A stretch of DNA of 64,000 nt from NCBI GenBank assembly GCA_965202585.1, contig OZ241833.1, positions 23,002,001 to 23,066,000 on the forward strand. Reading direction: 5' to 3'. The notes below the pieces were generated by a model. The model made no database searches. It saw only the letters and a list, made by a program, of their open reading frames with translations, and was not told where the DNA came from. Numbering within the stretch: position 1 is the stretch's first letter; the number at the start of each line of letters is the position of its first letter. Position numbers and translations under genes: made by a program. The stretch comes from Thalia democratica. Taxonomy: Eukaryota. Shown here piece after piece: positions 12,901 to 23,400 of the stretch.

Positions 12901-15900
12901 ATTAAGATAGCAACATTCTTTAAACTCAACTATCAATTAAAATGACTAAAAAAAATTTATATATTCTAATTTATAAAAAAAATATTACAAAATTATTTAC
13001 AACTACTCTAAAATAAAAACAAACCATGTAACTCATAACCAAACTGCGCAACAAAACTTCACACGTTTTCTTTAAAGCACAAAAATGCAAACTCACTTGA
13101 ACAGGTGGTGCGACTGGGCGGAATACAGGTGGTAGCTCACCGACGCCCCGCCCGCGCTCTCCCCGAACAGCGTCACCTGCTGCGGGTCGCCGCCGAACTG
13201 CGCCACGTTCTCCTGCACCCACTCCAGCGCCATCCGCTGGTCGTACAAGCCCGCGTTTCCCGTCACTTGCTCGTCGTCGTACGCCAGAAAGCCCAGAGCT
13301 GCCACCCGGTAATTGATCGAGACCACCACAACCTGCGCGGGTTGTTTTAAATTGCTTTAGATTATGAGTAAAGGAGCGTTTAGTAGTAATTTGGAGCAAT
13401 TTATTAGGCTAACAGCTTTCGTTCAGCTGAGCCCTTATTAGAAACCGCAGTATCGGAAAGGTTTAGCGAGCAGTTGGCTGCAGCGCGCGTCTAACAAGAC
13501 GCATGCTAACCAACAAGCAATTAACTCGAGCCGCGTGCCAAACGAACGACCTTTGTTTCTGTTACGTCACAACACGCGCCGCCTTATATCGAGGTTAACA
13601 CTCAAAAGTGAGCAGAGTTCTTTTGATTGTGTGATGAAAATGCCAACGTAACAAAAGAAATGCGACGCAACGCCGAAGCGTGAGTTTGCGTTGATTTACG
13701 TCATCGTTCATCAATTCGTTACTGACGTAATTTATTTTCGTCGTGGAAGTTTCTTGCAGTTATTGTTGCTGTGAGCGCTGGTAGTTTGGAAAAACAAGAT
13801 TGAAACATTTTGAATGGAATAATAAAAGTTTGTACTTATTACTAATATCAGCACCAATTAAATTTAAAGCTAAATTAGAACTTTAACTATTATCTATACC
13901 AATAATAGTTTATCTTTATTTAAAAGAAAAATGTTTCAAACAGTGAAAGGATATAATACTAAAAAAGTTAACCATAACCCTAAAAGTAAATAAAGTTTTA
14001 AAAAGCTCAACAAAATTCATATGACAAAAGATTACGTTGGTAAATGTTGCTTAAAATATAATTAAAGTAATAACTTATTGAACAAACGAAAAAATCTTTA
14101 AGTGTATAAAAAATAATTTTACTAACGCAGTAAAACTGAGTGTTTTAATTGCTAAATTTAGTATAATACTGTTTACATTCAAAAGTTTAACACAATTTTT
14201 TATCAGTAAAAACGTTCTAAACACTTTGTAAAAAACATTTTTTAGAAAACAAAGATCAGTTCAATTTTCATAAAATTTCAAGTTTCTTTTCTAGATTGTA
14301 TTTTTTTTAATCTAATTAAGAAATAATAATTTTTAAATAGTTTTTTAGAAATGACAAAGCTATCAAGTTCTAATGATAATTGTTTTGATCAAAGTTGATT
14401 TAGCCAGCAACTTAATTGAAAACTTAGAGAAAAAGTTAACAAACGGAAATTTAAATTAAAGTGGAGCTCAGAATTAAGTGACCTGCCTTATCTTTCACTT
14501 AGCAAATCAATAAACAAAAGATTTAGTAATTTAAAAGGTCATAATTAAAGATTACTTCAGAGCAGGTAAAAAAGATCAAGAAATAAAATCAGTTATACAA
14601 CAAAATTTAAAAAATAATTTTTACCATACATTTATTTTTACTAGTTTCTTAAACTCATATTAGAGTAGTTAAGTATTAAAAAACATAATCATTCAAGTTA
14701 TGCTTAAAATTTCATAAGTATGTTGCTGCATTAAAACGCATTAAGTTCGGGAAATGTAGATTTTCAAAAGCTTTTAAACCCTGAAGATTACAACGTCATA
14801 ACTGCGTAGCGCGTAGTAAACCATAACTTACTAGTACATACATAGTAATTTAAAACATGCTGTCGTATAGTATTTTGTAGTAAGTTTTCAATTGTTTTTT
14901 TTTGTTTTTGGTGTTGTATTTTTTTAAGTATAAACACAAAGTAATATATATATATAAATTTTTTGAAAAAAAAAACAAGTATAGTATTTGTAATAATAAG
15001 TATTTACAAAAGTATTATTTAGAAAGTTTTAACGTTTGGCTTAGAATTTTTTCATTGTAATGTTCAACTAGTCAGGTTTTAAAACTAAAATTGGTGTTTA
15101 AATATTTCTAATGTAATTTTGTGAAAGTGTATATAACTTTTTTTTTTTCAGAGGATCTATGAAAAAGATACAGCTAAAACTTAATTATTTACTTTGACCG
15201 TATTAAACAGGTGAAAAATACTTTGCCATTTTGTTCAAGTTTAGTAAATATACTTTTCTTTCAAACTAAACTTTTAAACCTAGCTCTGTTATAAAATTTT
15301 CTCATAGCGTTTTTTGTTCTTCATAACAACAAAGCTTTCAGAACGTTGATATATTAATAAATATTATGACTTTTAGCTTACGTTTTTTGAATCAAAACTT
15401 AAGTTTCCTACAGCAAACAACATTTGTATACAGTCTATACACTTCATTGGCATTTATAACCTGTTTTTCTGCCCATTTTTAACATCACACTTATGTGTAA
15501 ACTTTGTTTGCCTAAAACCACTGAGGCTTTGACCTTTTCTTAACACCTTGAAAAATTGCAAGACAAAGCAACTGACGTTCTGTGTGGCTGACAGCCACTG
15601 CCCGTTGTAAACGTCGAGGGTGGCGCTGCCGCTGTAGAACCCGCCCCCGTATATCCACACCATGACCGGCAGGTTCCTGTTCTTGAACAGGTCTGTTGCG
15701 GGCGTCCACACGTTCAGGAAGAGGCAGTCCTCGCTCAGCCCCGTGTTCGAGTTCCACATCTCAGTCCCTTTGAACTTGTCTGGAAGGTTTTTGTTCAGTT
15801 TAGTTTCATAGTTTTTTATAAAAATTCAATTCGTAATACTTTGTTAATATTAAAAAAATCAAGTATAGAAAATTAGAAAATATTTTAGTAGGTTAAAAAG

Positions 15901-18900
15901 AATGTTTTTATAATTCATTGAACTTGTCTGGAATTTTTTTGTTTATTTTGGTTTTTTAATAGTTTAAAGAACTTTAGAGTGAACTACTTAAAAAACAACT
16001 AATTTATAAATAAATAAAATATTTTAGTAAATTGAAAACAATGTTTTTCAGTTCCTTTAAACTTGTCTGAAAGTTTTTTGTTTGTTTTGGTCTTTTAGTT
16101 GTTTATTTTATTGATAGATTTTAAAATCATTCTAGAAAAAACGCAATGTTTTTTGAATGTGTGGATTTATGAATTTTTCGGTGCACTATATCTTATTAGT
16201 TTTTGTAAAAAAATCAAAAGTAAATAAAAACCATTTTTAAGTTAAAAGCATTGTTTTTAAGAGTGTGTACATAAAAAACTTCCAAGTTTTGTATGCTTTT
16301 TAAAATGTTATGTTTATTTTAGTCTGCACGGAACAACAATTTTGCTTTCATAGTAAAATTAAAGTTGATAAACAACGTGCAAAATATTCGTACAGTGATA
16401 TTTTAAATCAAAGGAAAATTACTAGGCTGTTTATTGAAAAACCGCAGTTTTTTTTTCTCTGGCAACTAGTTTGCACAACATTGTTTTCTGAAAACCACTG
16501 TTTAAATGTTTTCATTACGTTAAGCAATCCTATGAGCTTGATTAAAAAAATGACTAATTAAAATGTTATCAAGTTATTAAAAAACTTGTTTTATAACTAT
16601 GTATGCTATAATTTAACTATACTTAAAATAATTAAAGTGTGTATAATGAAGCACGTACAAAATATAGCTCAATTTTTCAGAGCTTTTACTCTTAATACTA
16701 AAAATAGAATAATATATCCATAGGTAAACGATACATCTAAAAGTTTTTCACAGTTTTTGCTATATTGTATATATTCAGCCTTATTTTAAAGATAAAGTAA
16801 AGTTTAAAACAAAGATTGTGCTAACAGTTCCATTAAAAGTTTAAAAAAAATCTTTGAAGTTAATCTTTTTAATTTTAAATCTATAAGAACACCGAGCGGT
16901 ATTTATTACGTCATCCTGCAATACTTAAAAGTACTTAGGCAACAATTAATTATACTTTTAATTTTATTTGTATAAAAAAAAAATTCAAAGTTTTATTTCG
17001 ATTTTGCAAGAACCTCGAAACTTGTTATATATTTTTATGCGTATTTGAATTTGATGTATTTTTAAATTTGAAGTATTCGTAAAAAATGACTTTGCTGTTT
17101 TGACAAAAAGACCAAGTACTAGTTTCTATGTATGCATTATTTATGATATTTGATATCGTGGTAAACAGATTATTATTATTTTTTTGTTTTTACATGTTTT
17201 GTAAAACTCAACTAAACAAATGCTTTCTGACTTCAAATAAATTTTTAAGAGACGCTTTATAGATTTTTAAAGTATATATTCTCTGTAACAGGCTCTTTAA
17301 AATTGCTTAAAAAGGGTAAAAGTTATTAAAAAGTATCTTGATATTTTTTTTGATTATCAAAAAAACTTAAAACTTTATACAAATTTAAATACCACTTGCA
17401 ACTTAAAAAGATGTATCTTTTATTTTCAAAAATTTGTAAAACTTAAAGTATTTCGAATCTTATCTCTGATTACTTTTTAAAAGTTAAATGAAATAATTAA
17501 CATGATATCATAACAAGGTTCAAAACTATTTAACATTTAATTTAAGTTTTAAAAAAAAGTCAGAGCTAAGATTCGAAAAGCTTTAAGTTTTACAAATTTT
17601 TGGAAAAGAAAAATACATTTTTATTAAGTTGCAAGTGGTGTTTAACTACAACAAAACTCCTCCTGAAAACAAAATTTAACACAAATATTTTTTTAGATTA
17701 GTTTAATTAATATAAATAAATAATATATAAATGTAAATGTAAATCAAACAGTTATGGTTAGACAGAAACATAAAATTATAATTATTCATACTCATTTAGA
17801 ACTAAAAACTAGTATTTCTAATAATCTAGCTTAATGATTTACAATTTTATCAAGACTCAAAAAAAGTATATATTTGTATATTTTTAAACTCGTTCTGGTA
17901 AAAGTTTTATATTAACATTCTTTTATATTTTAGATAAATTATTTTTTGTATAAATTTTTCTGTTATGAATTAGAAAATAATAATTTACCAATAAACTTTA
18001 AAAAAAATATTAAATGCTTTATAATGTAAAAATCTTAAAAGTGTTTGTAAAAAGTACGAATCTTAGCATTAAACCTTATCTAAACTTAATTTCTAAATGT
18101 TTATGCTAAAACATTTTCAAATGATAACACTTTTCTTACAAAGCTCAAATAAGTTTTGTTTTTAATTAACAGGTGTCTGCAATGTTTGAGTACAAACTTA
18201 AACCTATTACAGTAAGAATTTACTAAGAATGATAAATTAAGCGTATACTTTGAAATTTCATACTAATTAACGATCCCCAAACACATGAAAGGGTGTAATT
18301 AAGCAGTTTTTGCATGCTAAAATTTGGTTTTTTAAACTTCTTGTTTGCTAAACTTACTTGGGACTTAACATTAGTTTTACACACGATACATAAATGAAAC
18401 CAAGACTGAACAGTTTTTATAGGTTTATAGAATATTTAAAACAAAATCTTGTGCCTAAACGTTTTTGTGGCATATTGTTTTACGTTTTGAACTTGCTATA
18501 CGAAAATATAAAAGTATTTATCTAAAACTGTAACAGATGTATTTTTATTTGTTTGTTACATGGAACTGTGTTTATTCAAAGAATAGACGAACAAATACAA
18601 ATTAAATATACTGTGTGTATATTCAAACTTGGCAAGATGTACTACTCAGAACTCATTTTATGAAATAAATTACCTTCTATTTGTTAACTTATTTCAAGAT
18701 TAAGTAGATAATCTTATATTTTAGGTTAAAAATCTAAGCCTATGCTTATTGAATTTAATAGCTGTTGTGTTTTTTACGCGTATAGAGTTTTAATATGTGT
18801 TTTTGCTCGCTGTGTAAACCGCTAAAGTTCCTTAAAAATTCGATTGGTTTAAGTTTTTGGCTTAAAGCAGATTTTCGCTGGTCTCACAATGTTTGTTTGA

Positions 18901-20482
18901 TATGACAACTTTAATGAGCAGTCTTCCCTTCATCTTTAGACTGGAAAAGTTAACCACACTTACCTTACCACCCACCATGAAAATTACATTTATAAAGTTT
19001 TAAATAGAACTTTTCAAAACAATACACTACCAAGTTTAAAATTATTTTAGAATTAAATTTAGGAAATAAAATACGACATAGGCATTTTTAAATAGTTAGT
19101 AAATTTTATTTACTAAAAAGCTTCTTGCTGGAAAAAGGCAATGAATGTGTAATACTTTTTGATTTGACACTTTAAAATTTATAATAACTTGTTTGGCTTA
19201 TTTAGATTCTTCTAAATCTGCAATTTTGTCTACTCTAAATCACTTTTTCGATTGTTTAATTTATTGTAGAATTTTTAAGTATAAAAGTAGTACTATGCAA
19301 TCATTGATTAAAAACACTAAAAGTATTTTTGGAATTTAAATATATACAGAGTTCTTAGCAGTAATAAATTATTTAAAAAATAATTAAGTTATAAACATTC
19401 TAAAAAAATTACTCAGTTCAAAAACTTTATCGTTCTAGGTTTTTGTCATTTACTATATACATTTTATACTTTTTCACTTATATAATTAGATTTGTTTTTT
19501 ATTCTAAAACTTAACCAACTGAAACTTGTTTGTTTTATGAAGAAAATCAAAGTCATGATGTATGATACATATTTGCATATAAAATTATTCTTTAAACTAT
19601 ACAACAGGAAATGACCTACTGAACTAACTCAATAAGTAAGAGAAAGTATTTTAGCGAAAGTATTTTAGTGAAAGTGTAAAAACTAAAAGTATTTGACAAG
19701 AGTACTCATTACTAAATTACAATACTAAATATATGTTTTTCTTGTTTTTTTTAGTGTATAACTAGCAAGATATGTCATTCAGGTCCAAAATTTACTTTTT
19801 ACATAAAAACTAAAACTGTTTTAAAAGACACTTATAAATTTAACCTTTCTGCTTACTAAATTCTATAGTAATATACTTAAATACAGCCAACTCTCTTACC
19901 TCCATAATCATCTTTGAAAGTATTGTCCACTATTTGGTAACAATTCGGCTTGAGCTTGGTGGCGTCTTCGACTCCGGACCACTTTTTCGCCTTCACCGGT
20001 TTCTTGTACCTCATCTTTCCGAGGGGAGCTTCCGCGAACCGGACGCCGAGGAAGGCGGATATCTGCTCGCTCTCGCCCTTCTTCGAGCTCACGTTCAAAA
20101 GCTTCCCTCTCAGCTTGCCGCTTTTCGTTTCAACGACGACCGTCTTCCATTCTTCGGACCCTTTCGTCATTTTCGGCTTCCCCGTCGTGGTTTCCGTTGT
20201 GACCGTTGTTTTAGAAGTCTTCGCCAAAGTCTCCATTACCCTGGTTGTTGTTTTCAAATCGACCCCGGGTGCGGGCTCTGTTGAATGCGTCGCGTTTTTA
20301 CTGGAAGCTTCTGCGCTCATCTGGTTTTGCGGTTCGTTCACGTCCGGTACGTGGCTCTTTTCGCTGTGACGGCCGTGATTCCTGTGTCTCGACTTGCCGT
20401 GAGCCGTCTGAATTAAATACAGAACCAGAAGAAAAAATAGCAATGAAAAGCTTGCGAGCTTTTTGACCCGAATTCCAACCAT
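6776..20482 (-). CDS. ACHE: Acetylcholinesterase, complete 7-exon gene, 760 aa, predicted signal peptide and GPI-type C-terminus
   Basis: Exons joined by hand with GT-AG sites and consistent phases: 20482-19900, 15779-15577, 13332-13097, 11681-11548, 10583-9797, 9544-9351, 6921-6776 (2283 nt = 760 aa + stop). Motifs: GTEMWN (choline-site Trp), [20 protein letters not shown] (oxyanion hole), FGESAGGAS (catalytic Ser), NEGNYF (Glu), [15 protein letters not shown] (His), acyl pocket FRF. 13 of the 14 Torpedo gorge aromatic positions are aromatic (Y70 position is Ile), supporting AChE rather than BChE or a generic carboxylesterase. Confidence 0.93.
9351..9544 (-). CDS. ACHE: AChE coding exon 6
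   Basis: tttcag|C AAT CCT = GNPN...EWKKYT...[13 protein letters not shown]; donor G|GTAATA, phase 1, at the position where vertebrate AChE splices to alternative C-terminal exons. Confidence 0.9.
9797..10583 (-). CDS. ACHE: AChE coding exon 5 (catalytic Glu and His)
   Basis: aaacag|AT CCA...; [63 protein letters not shown]; donor GTAAGA, phase 2. Confidence 0.96.
11548..11681 (-). CDS. ACHE: AChE coding exon 4 (not in ORF track)
   Basis: ttcag|A AAT GCA ATA GCT CAA AGT GGC = (K)[34 protein letters not shown], equivalent to the RAILQSG..PW..LGC segment; phases 2 and 1 match both neighbours; donor GTTTGA. Confidence 0.92.
13097..13332 (-). CDS. ACHE: AChE coding exon 3 (catalytic Ser)
   Basis: cgcag|[16 protein letters not shown]...[15 protein letters not shown]...[18 protein letters not shown]; donor GTGAGT, phase 2. 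Confidence 0.96.
13400..13780. promoter_or_regulatory. Candidate intronic enhancer in AChE intron 2 (CRE-like cluster plus E-box)
   Basis: GC/CpG-richer non-coding island; TGACGTAA three times (13562-13569 and 13696-13703 reverse, 13723-13730 forward); CAGCTG at 13424-13429. Confidence 0.45.
15577..15779 (-). CDS. ACHE: AChE coding exon 2
   Basis: ttccag|AC AAG TTC...; [25 protein letters not shown]...[20 protein letters not shown]; donor GTCAGT, phase 0. Confidence 0.95.
15760..16110 (-). repeat. Degenerate local triplication (about 140-150 bp period) of the AChE intron 1 acceptor plus the start of exon 2
   Basis: Minus-strand copies ttccag|ACAAGTTCAAAGGGACTGAG (AG 15780-15781), ttccag|ACAAGTTCAATGAA (15928-15929), tttcag|ACAAGTTTAAAGGAACTGAA (16067-16068). 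Confidence 0.8.
17389..17641. mobile_element. Palindromic (foldback) MITE flanked by TTAA, in AChE intron 1
   Basis: Arms of about 100 bp: left ataccacttgcaactta...aaaaatttgtaaaacttaaag..ttcgaatctta, right arm its approximate reverse complement; TTAA at 17385-17388 and 17642-17645. Confidence 0.7.
19900..20482 (-). CDS. ACHE: AChE coding exon 1: signal peptide, Thr/Ser-rich extension, first beta strands
   Basis: [29 protein letters not shown] signal-like; [12 protein letters not shown]...[17 protein letters not shown]...CYQIVD cholinesterase N-terminus; donor G|GTAAGA, phase 1. Confidence 0.92.
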
Positions 20483-23039
20483 AGTGTGCTTCTATTCGAT
20501 TTAACGACTAAAGCAACATTTAGTGGATTTTAACTCTGTTGAAAAAAGTTTTTGTTTTCAAAAAAAAAAGTTTCAAAGTATTGTTATTAAAAGTAAAAGC
20601 AGATTAAACGTAAAAAAGTTGAACGAAAACCATTACTAATACTTCTTTCAAAAACAAAATAAAACGGATAAACCTCAATAAAAGCAATCAACATGTTAAA
20701 TTTTTTTAGCTTTAGAATTTAGAACTATTGTTTAATTTTTTATAAGAAATATCAAAATATTAAAGATTAGAAACAAAACTTTCTTTACACTAGGCTACCG
20801 CGCTGGTTGAATACTTCAATGAATTGTTTTATAACAAAACTGTCTGAATAAAAGTTTATTTTGTAAGATAAAAACTTTAATTTGATTTTCTAGCTTACGG
20901 TTTTCAATTGGTATGTTAAAATTCTTTTTTAAAAACATAGTAAATTAGCTTAAGTGAAAGCTTTTATATAGTAGATTACAATACCAACTTTGTATAGTAT
21001 ATTTGAATTTAAAGCTTCGTCTCGCAAAACGTATGTCTTGATTAAGCTTGTTTCCTGTTTTATTCTTTATCTCAAAAAAAGTTTAAATACGTTTTAAAAC
21101 AAGCTAACATTTTTTTTTGTTTTACATTCATTTTACCATACGTATTATATTCACATATTTTCTCTCAAGTGTGGAAATCTTAAAATTGTGACAAATCAAA
21201 TTCTAATAAATCTACGTAACGATAGAATATGGCTTTTCTATAATTTTTCTCTTTTACTAAGTGTTCTTTTTTAGGTTTTTTCAAATATAGTAGTGCTTAA
21301 AAAAAAAAAAGTTTTAATTTTTGAATTACAAGCCTTACTATGGCCACTTAAAAACTTATTTTTTGAATTTTGGATTTTATTGTATCATGTTATCATCAGA
21401 ATTCTGTTCAACTGCATCAACAATTGAATTTTTTTTTTATATTATTTAGTAAACTTTGAAATAATAGTTAAGAAAATACATCTTAAACCAAATAAACTGT
21501 ATAAAACCTGTTTACGTAAACATTTTTGAGTACTCACAATAAAAACATGTCATTTTTAGTATACGACAACGATACTATCGACTTTGTTCTATCAAATCCA
21601 ACTCGTGATCAATAAAAAGATTCTAAAGCTTCTCTTATTTTCTGCTCATCAAATACATTTTATAATCAAAGAAGTTTTTTTTTAACTGTTAGATATTTCA
21701 CAGACAAACATGAGATACTAGCTGGCTTTTTGGCAGCTTTCAGCAACAAAAGCAAATGAACGGAGTAAAAAAAGAAAACAGATCGATTGGATAAATAGTT
21801 TTTGCCCATTTCATCAACAAACTTGTTTCAAACTTAAAATAAGTTTTGTCTATTTGTATTAGTTCAATAAGGTCAATAGCTGAAATTATTTTTAAAGTAG
21901 TTCTTCAAACAAGTTTAACTGTAATGTTAGTTTTTTATGAGTTCGCAGGTAAAATCTAGTGTTAAAGAGTTGTTTTATTTTAAAGAAATGTTGTGATAAG
22001 TAAACGTACAAAAATTTTCTTCTATGTTTTCAGTTTTGTAGCTGTACTTTTTAGTCCTTTCCATTTTTTTTTACTTAAATCCCTTACTTTATTAAATTTT
22101 ATTTAAAGAAATAAAAGCGTTTATAGTTGTAAATAAAATACCTGTTATATATTTAAACTTTAAGCTATTATTAAGCTAAATTATTACGACAACTAGGGAA
22201 GATTGTTGTATCCTTAAAAAAAAAATTAATGTTTTTATGTTAAAAAACTTTGTAAATATTTATATCTAAGAGATCAAGTATATTAATAAAAAGCTTAGCC
22301 TAAGCTTTTTTTTTTATAAAATTTAACCAAAAGTTACTTTATTGAAATTAGAATTGATTATAGAGCTCTTGATTATAAATAAACTTATGAAAATTAATAT
22401 AAACTATAAAAGTCAAATTATTTTTCACTAATTTAATTTTTGTTGTGCTATAACTCTAAAAAAGTAAGCAGAAAATCTAAACTATGCTGAACTTGCTTTA
22501 AATACACTTTAATAATTTAAAAATTGATTTTTAAGCGTTCCGCTTTTAGCACGGCATTTTGTACTTTATATTACAACTATTTTATCATTCCTATATAAGA
22601 TTTGTTTAGAATGTAGAATAATTTTAACCATGAAATGTTTTAATGAACGGTTTTATTACCATTTGATAGATTATTTATACAACTAAAAGTTAAGTAAATA
22701 TAATAATTTTTTGTCTTTAATTTTTTCTAATTAAGTCTTTTAACTAATTTGTATTTAAACTCGTATAAGAGTTGTTAAGTATTTTTATTAAATATTTTTT
22801 TGCTTGAATTCTAAGCTTATTGCTTTTTATATCTTTAAAATTTTTGAGAAAATTTTTATTAAAAGTATTCCCATAGAAATTCTAAAAAAAACTTTTCCAA
22901 GAAACTCTGAAAATCGAAACTCTCTGTTTACAACAAAAACTCACAAACAAGTTCAGTGGAAAGCGGTTGAAACATACTTTTTCCTACAAAATATCTAAAA
23001 TGAATTTCAAACAAAACACTTTTTTAGTTGTAAAAAAGC

Positions 23040-23400
23040 ACACATTACGGTTAATCGAATTAATGAAACCTCCTTTGTCCTTTAACTTTTGTTCAAAACC
23101 CTAACTCGCCTGATCGCAACGCAAATAATTTTTGCAAATGCTTTGTACGCGGCTGGTTGTTTTTCTGCGTGCAGCCTCTCTCCTTTGAAGTTCTTTTCTC
23201 GCGAGCTTGTAAGCCTGATCTGTTGAAATCTTCTTGGAAAAACGTTTAATCTCCCTCATGCAAATCGAACGCCCTTGTCAGCTTCAAGTTTAAAAGTGTC
23301 TTCGAAGTTTTTGACGCGATCACAGAAAAAAAATAGTGAGATTGCAACTTTAGCATGCGTTCTTTGCAGTTCGTAAATCGAAGCATTCATATTGCTTGGT
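23040..23400 (-). promoter_or_regulatory. Candidate AChE promoter or 5'-UTR exon island
   Basis: GC-richer island 2.6 kb upstream of the AChE ATG; possible donor GTAATG near 23048 and an acceptor tttag at 20508-20509, 25 nt before the ATG. Confidence 0.35.

Noticed and set aside
12971-13399. 142-aa and 81-aa ORFs overlapping AChE exon 3
   Set aside because: Wrong-frame shadows; the GESAG frame is the real one
18958-18978. Possible alternative first mini-exon ATG GTG GGT G|GTAAG in AChE intron 1
   Set aside because: Phase fits, but it would delete the signal peptide and structural strands; no other support, and such short matches arise by chance
4440-20482. GC-rich blocks as bacterial horizontal transfer or contamination
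   Set aside because: They coincide with spliced exons of animal genes bounded by GT-AG sites
22288-22310. AAAAAGCTTAG-C-CTAAGCTTTTT palindrome
   Set aside because: Short and low complexity; expected occasionally in AT-rich DNA
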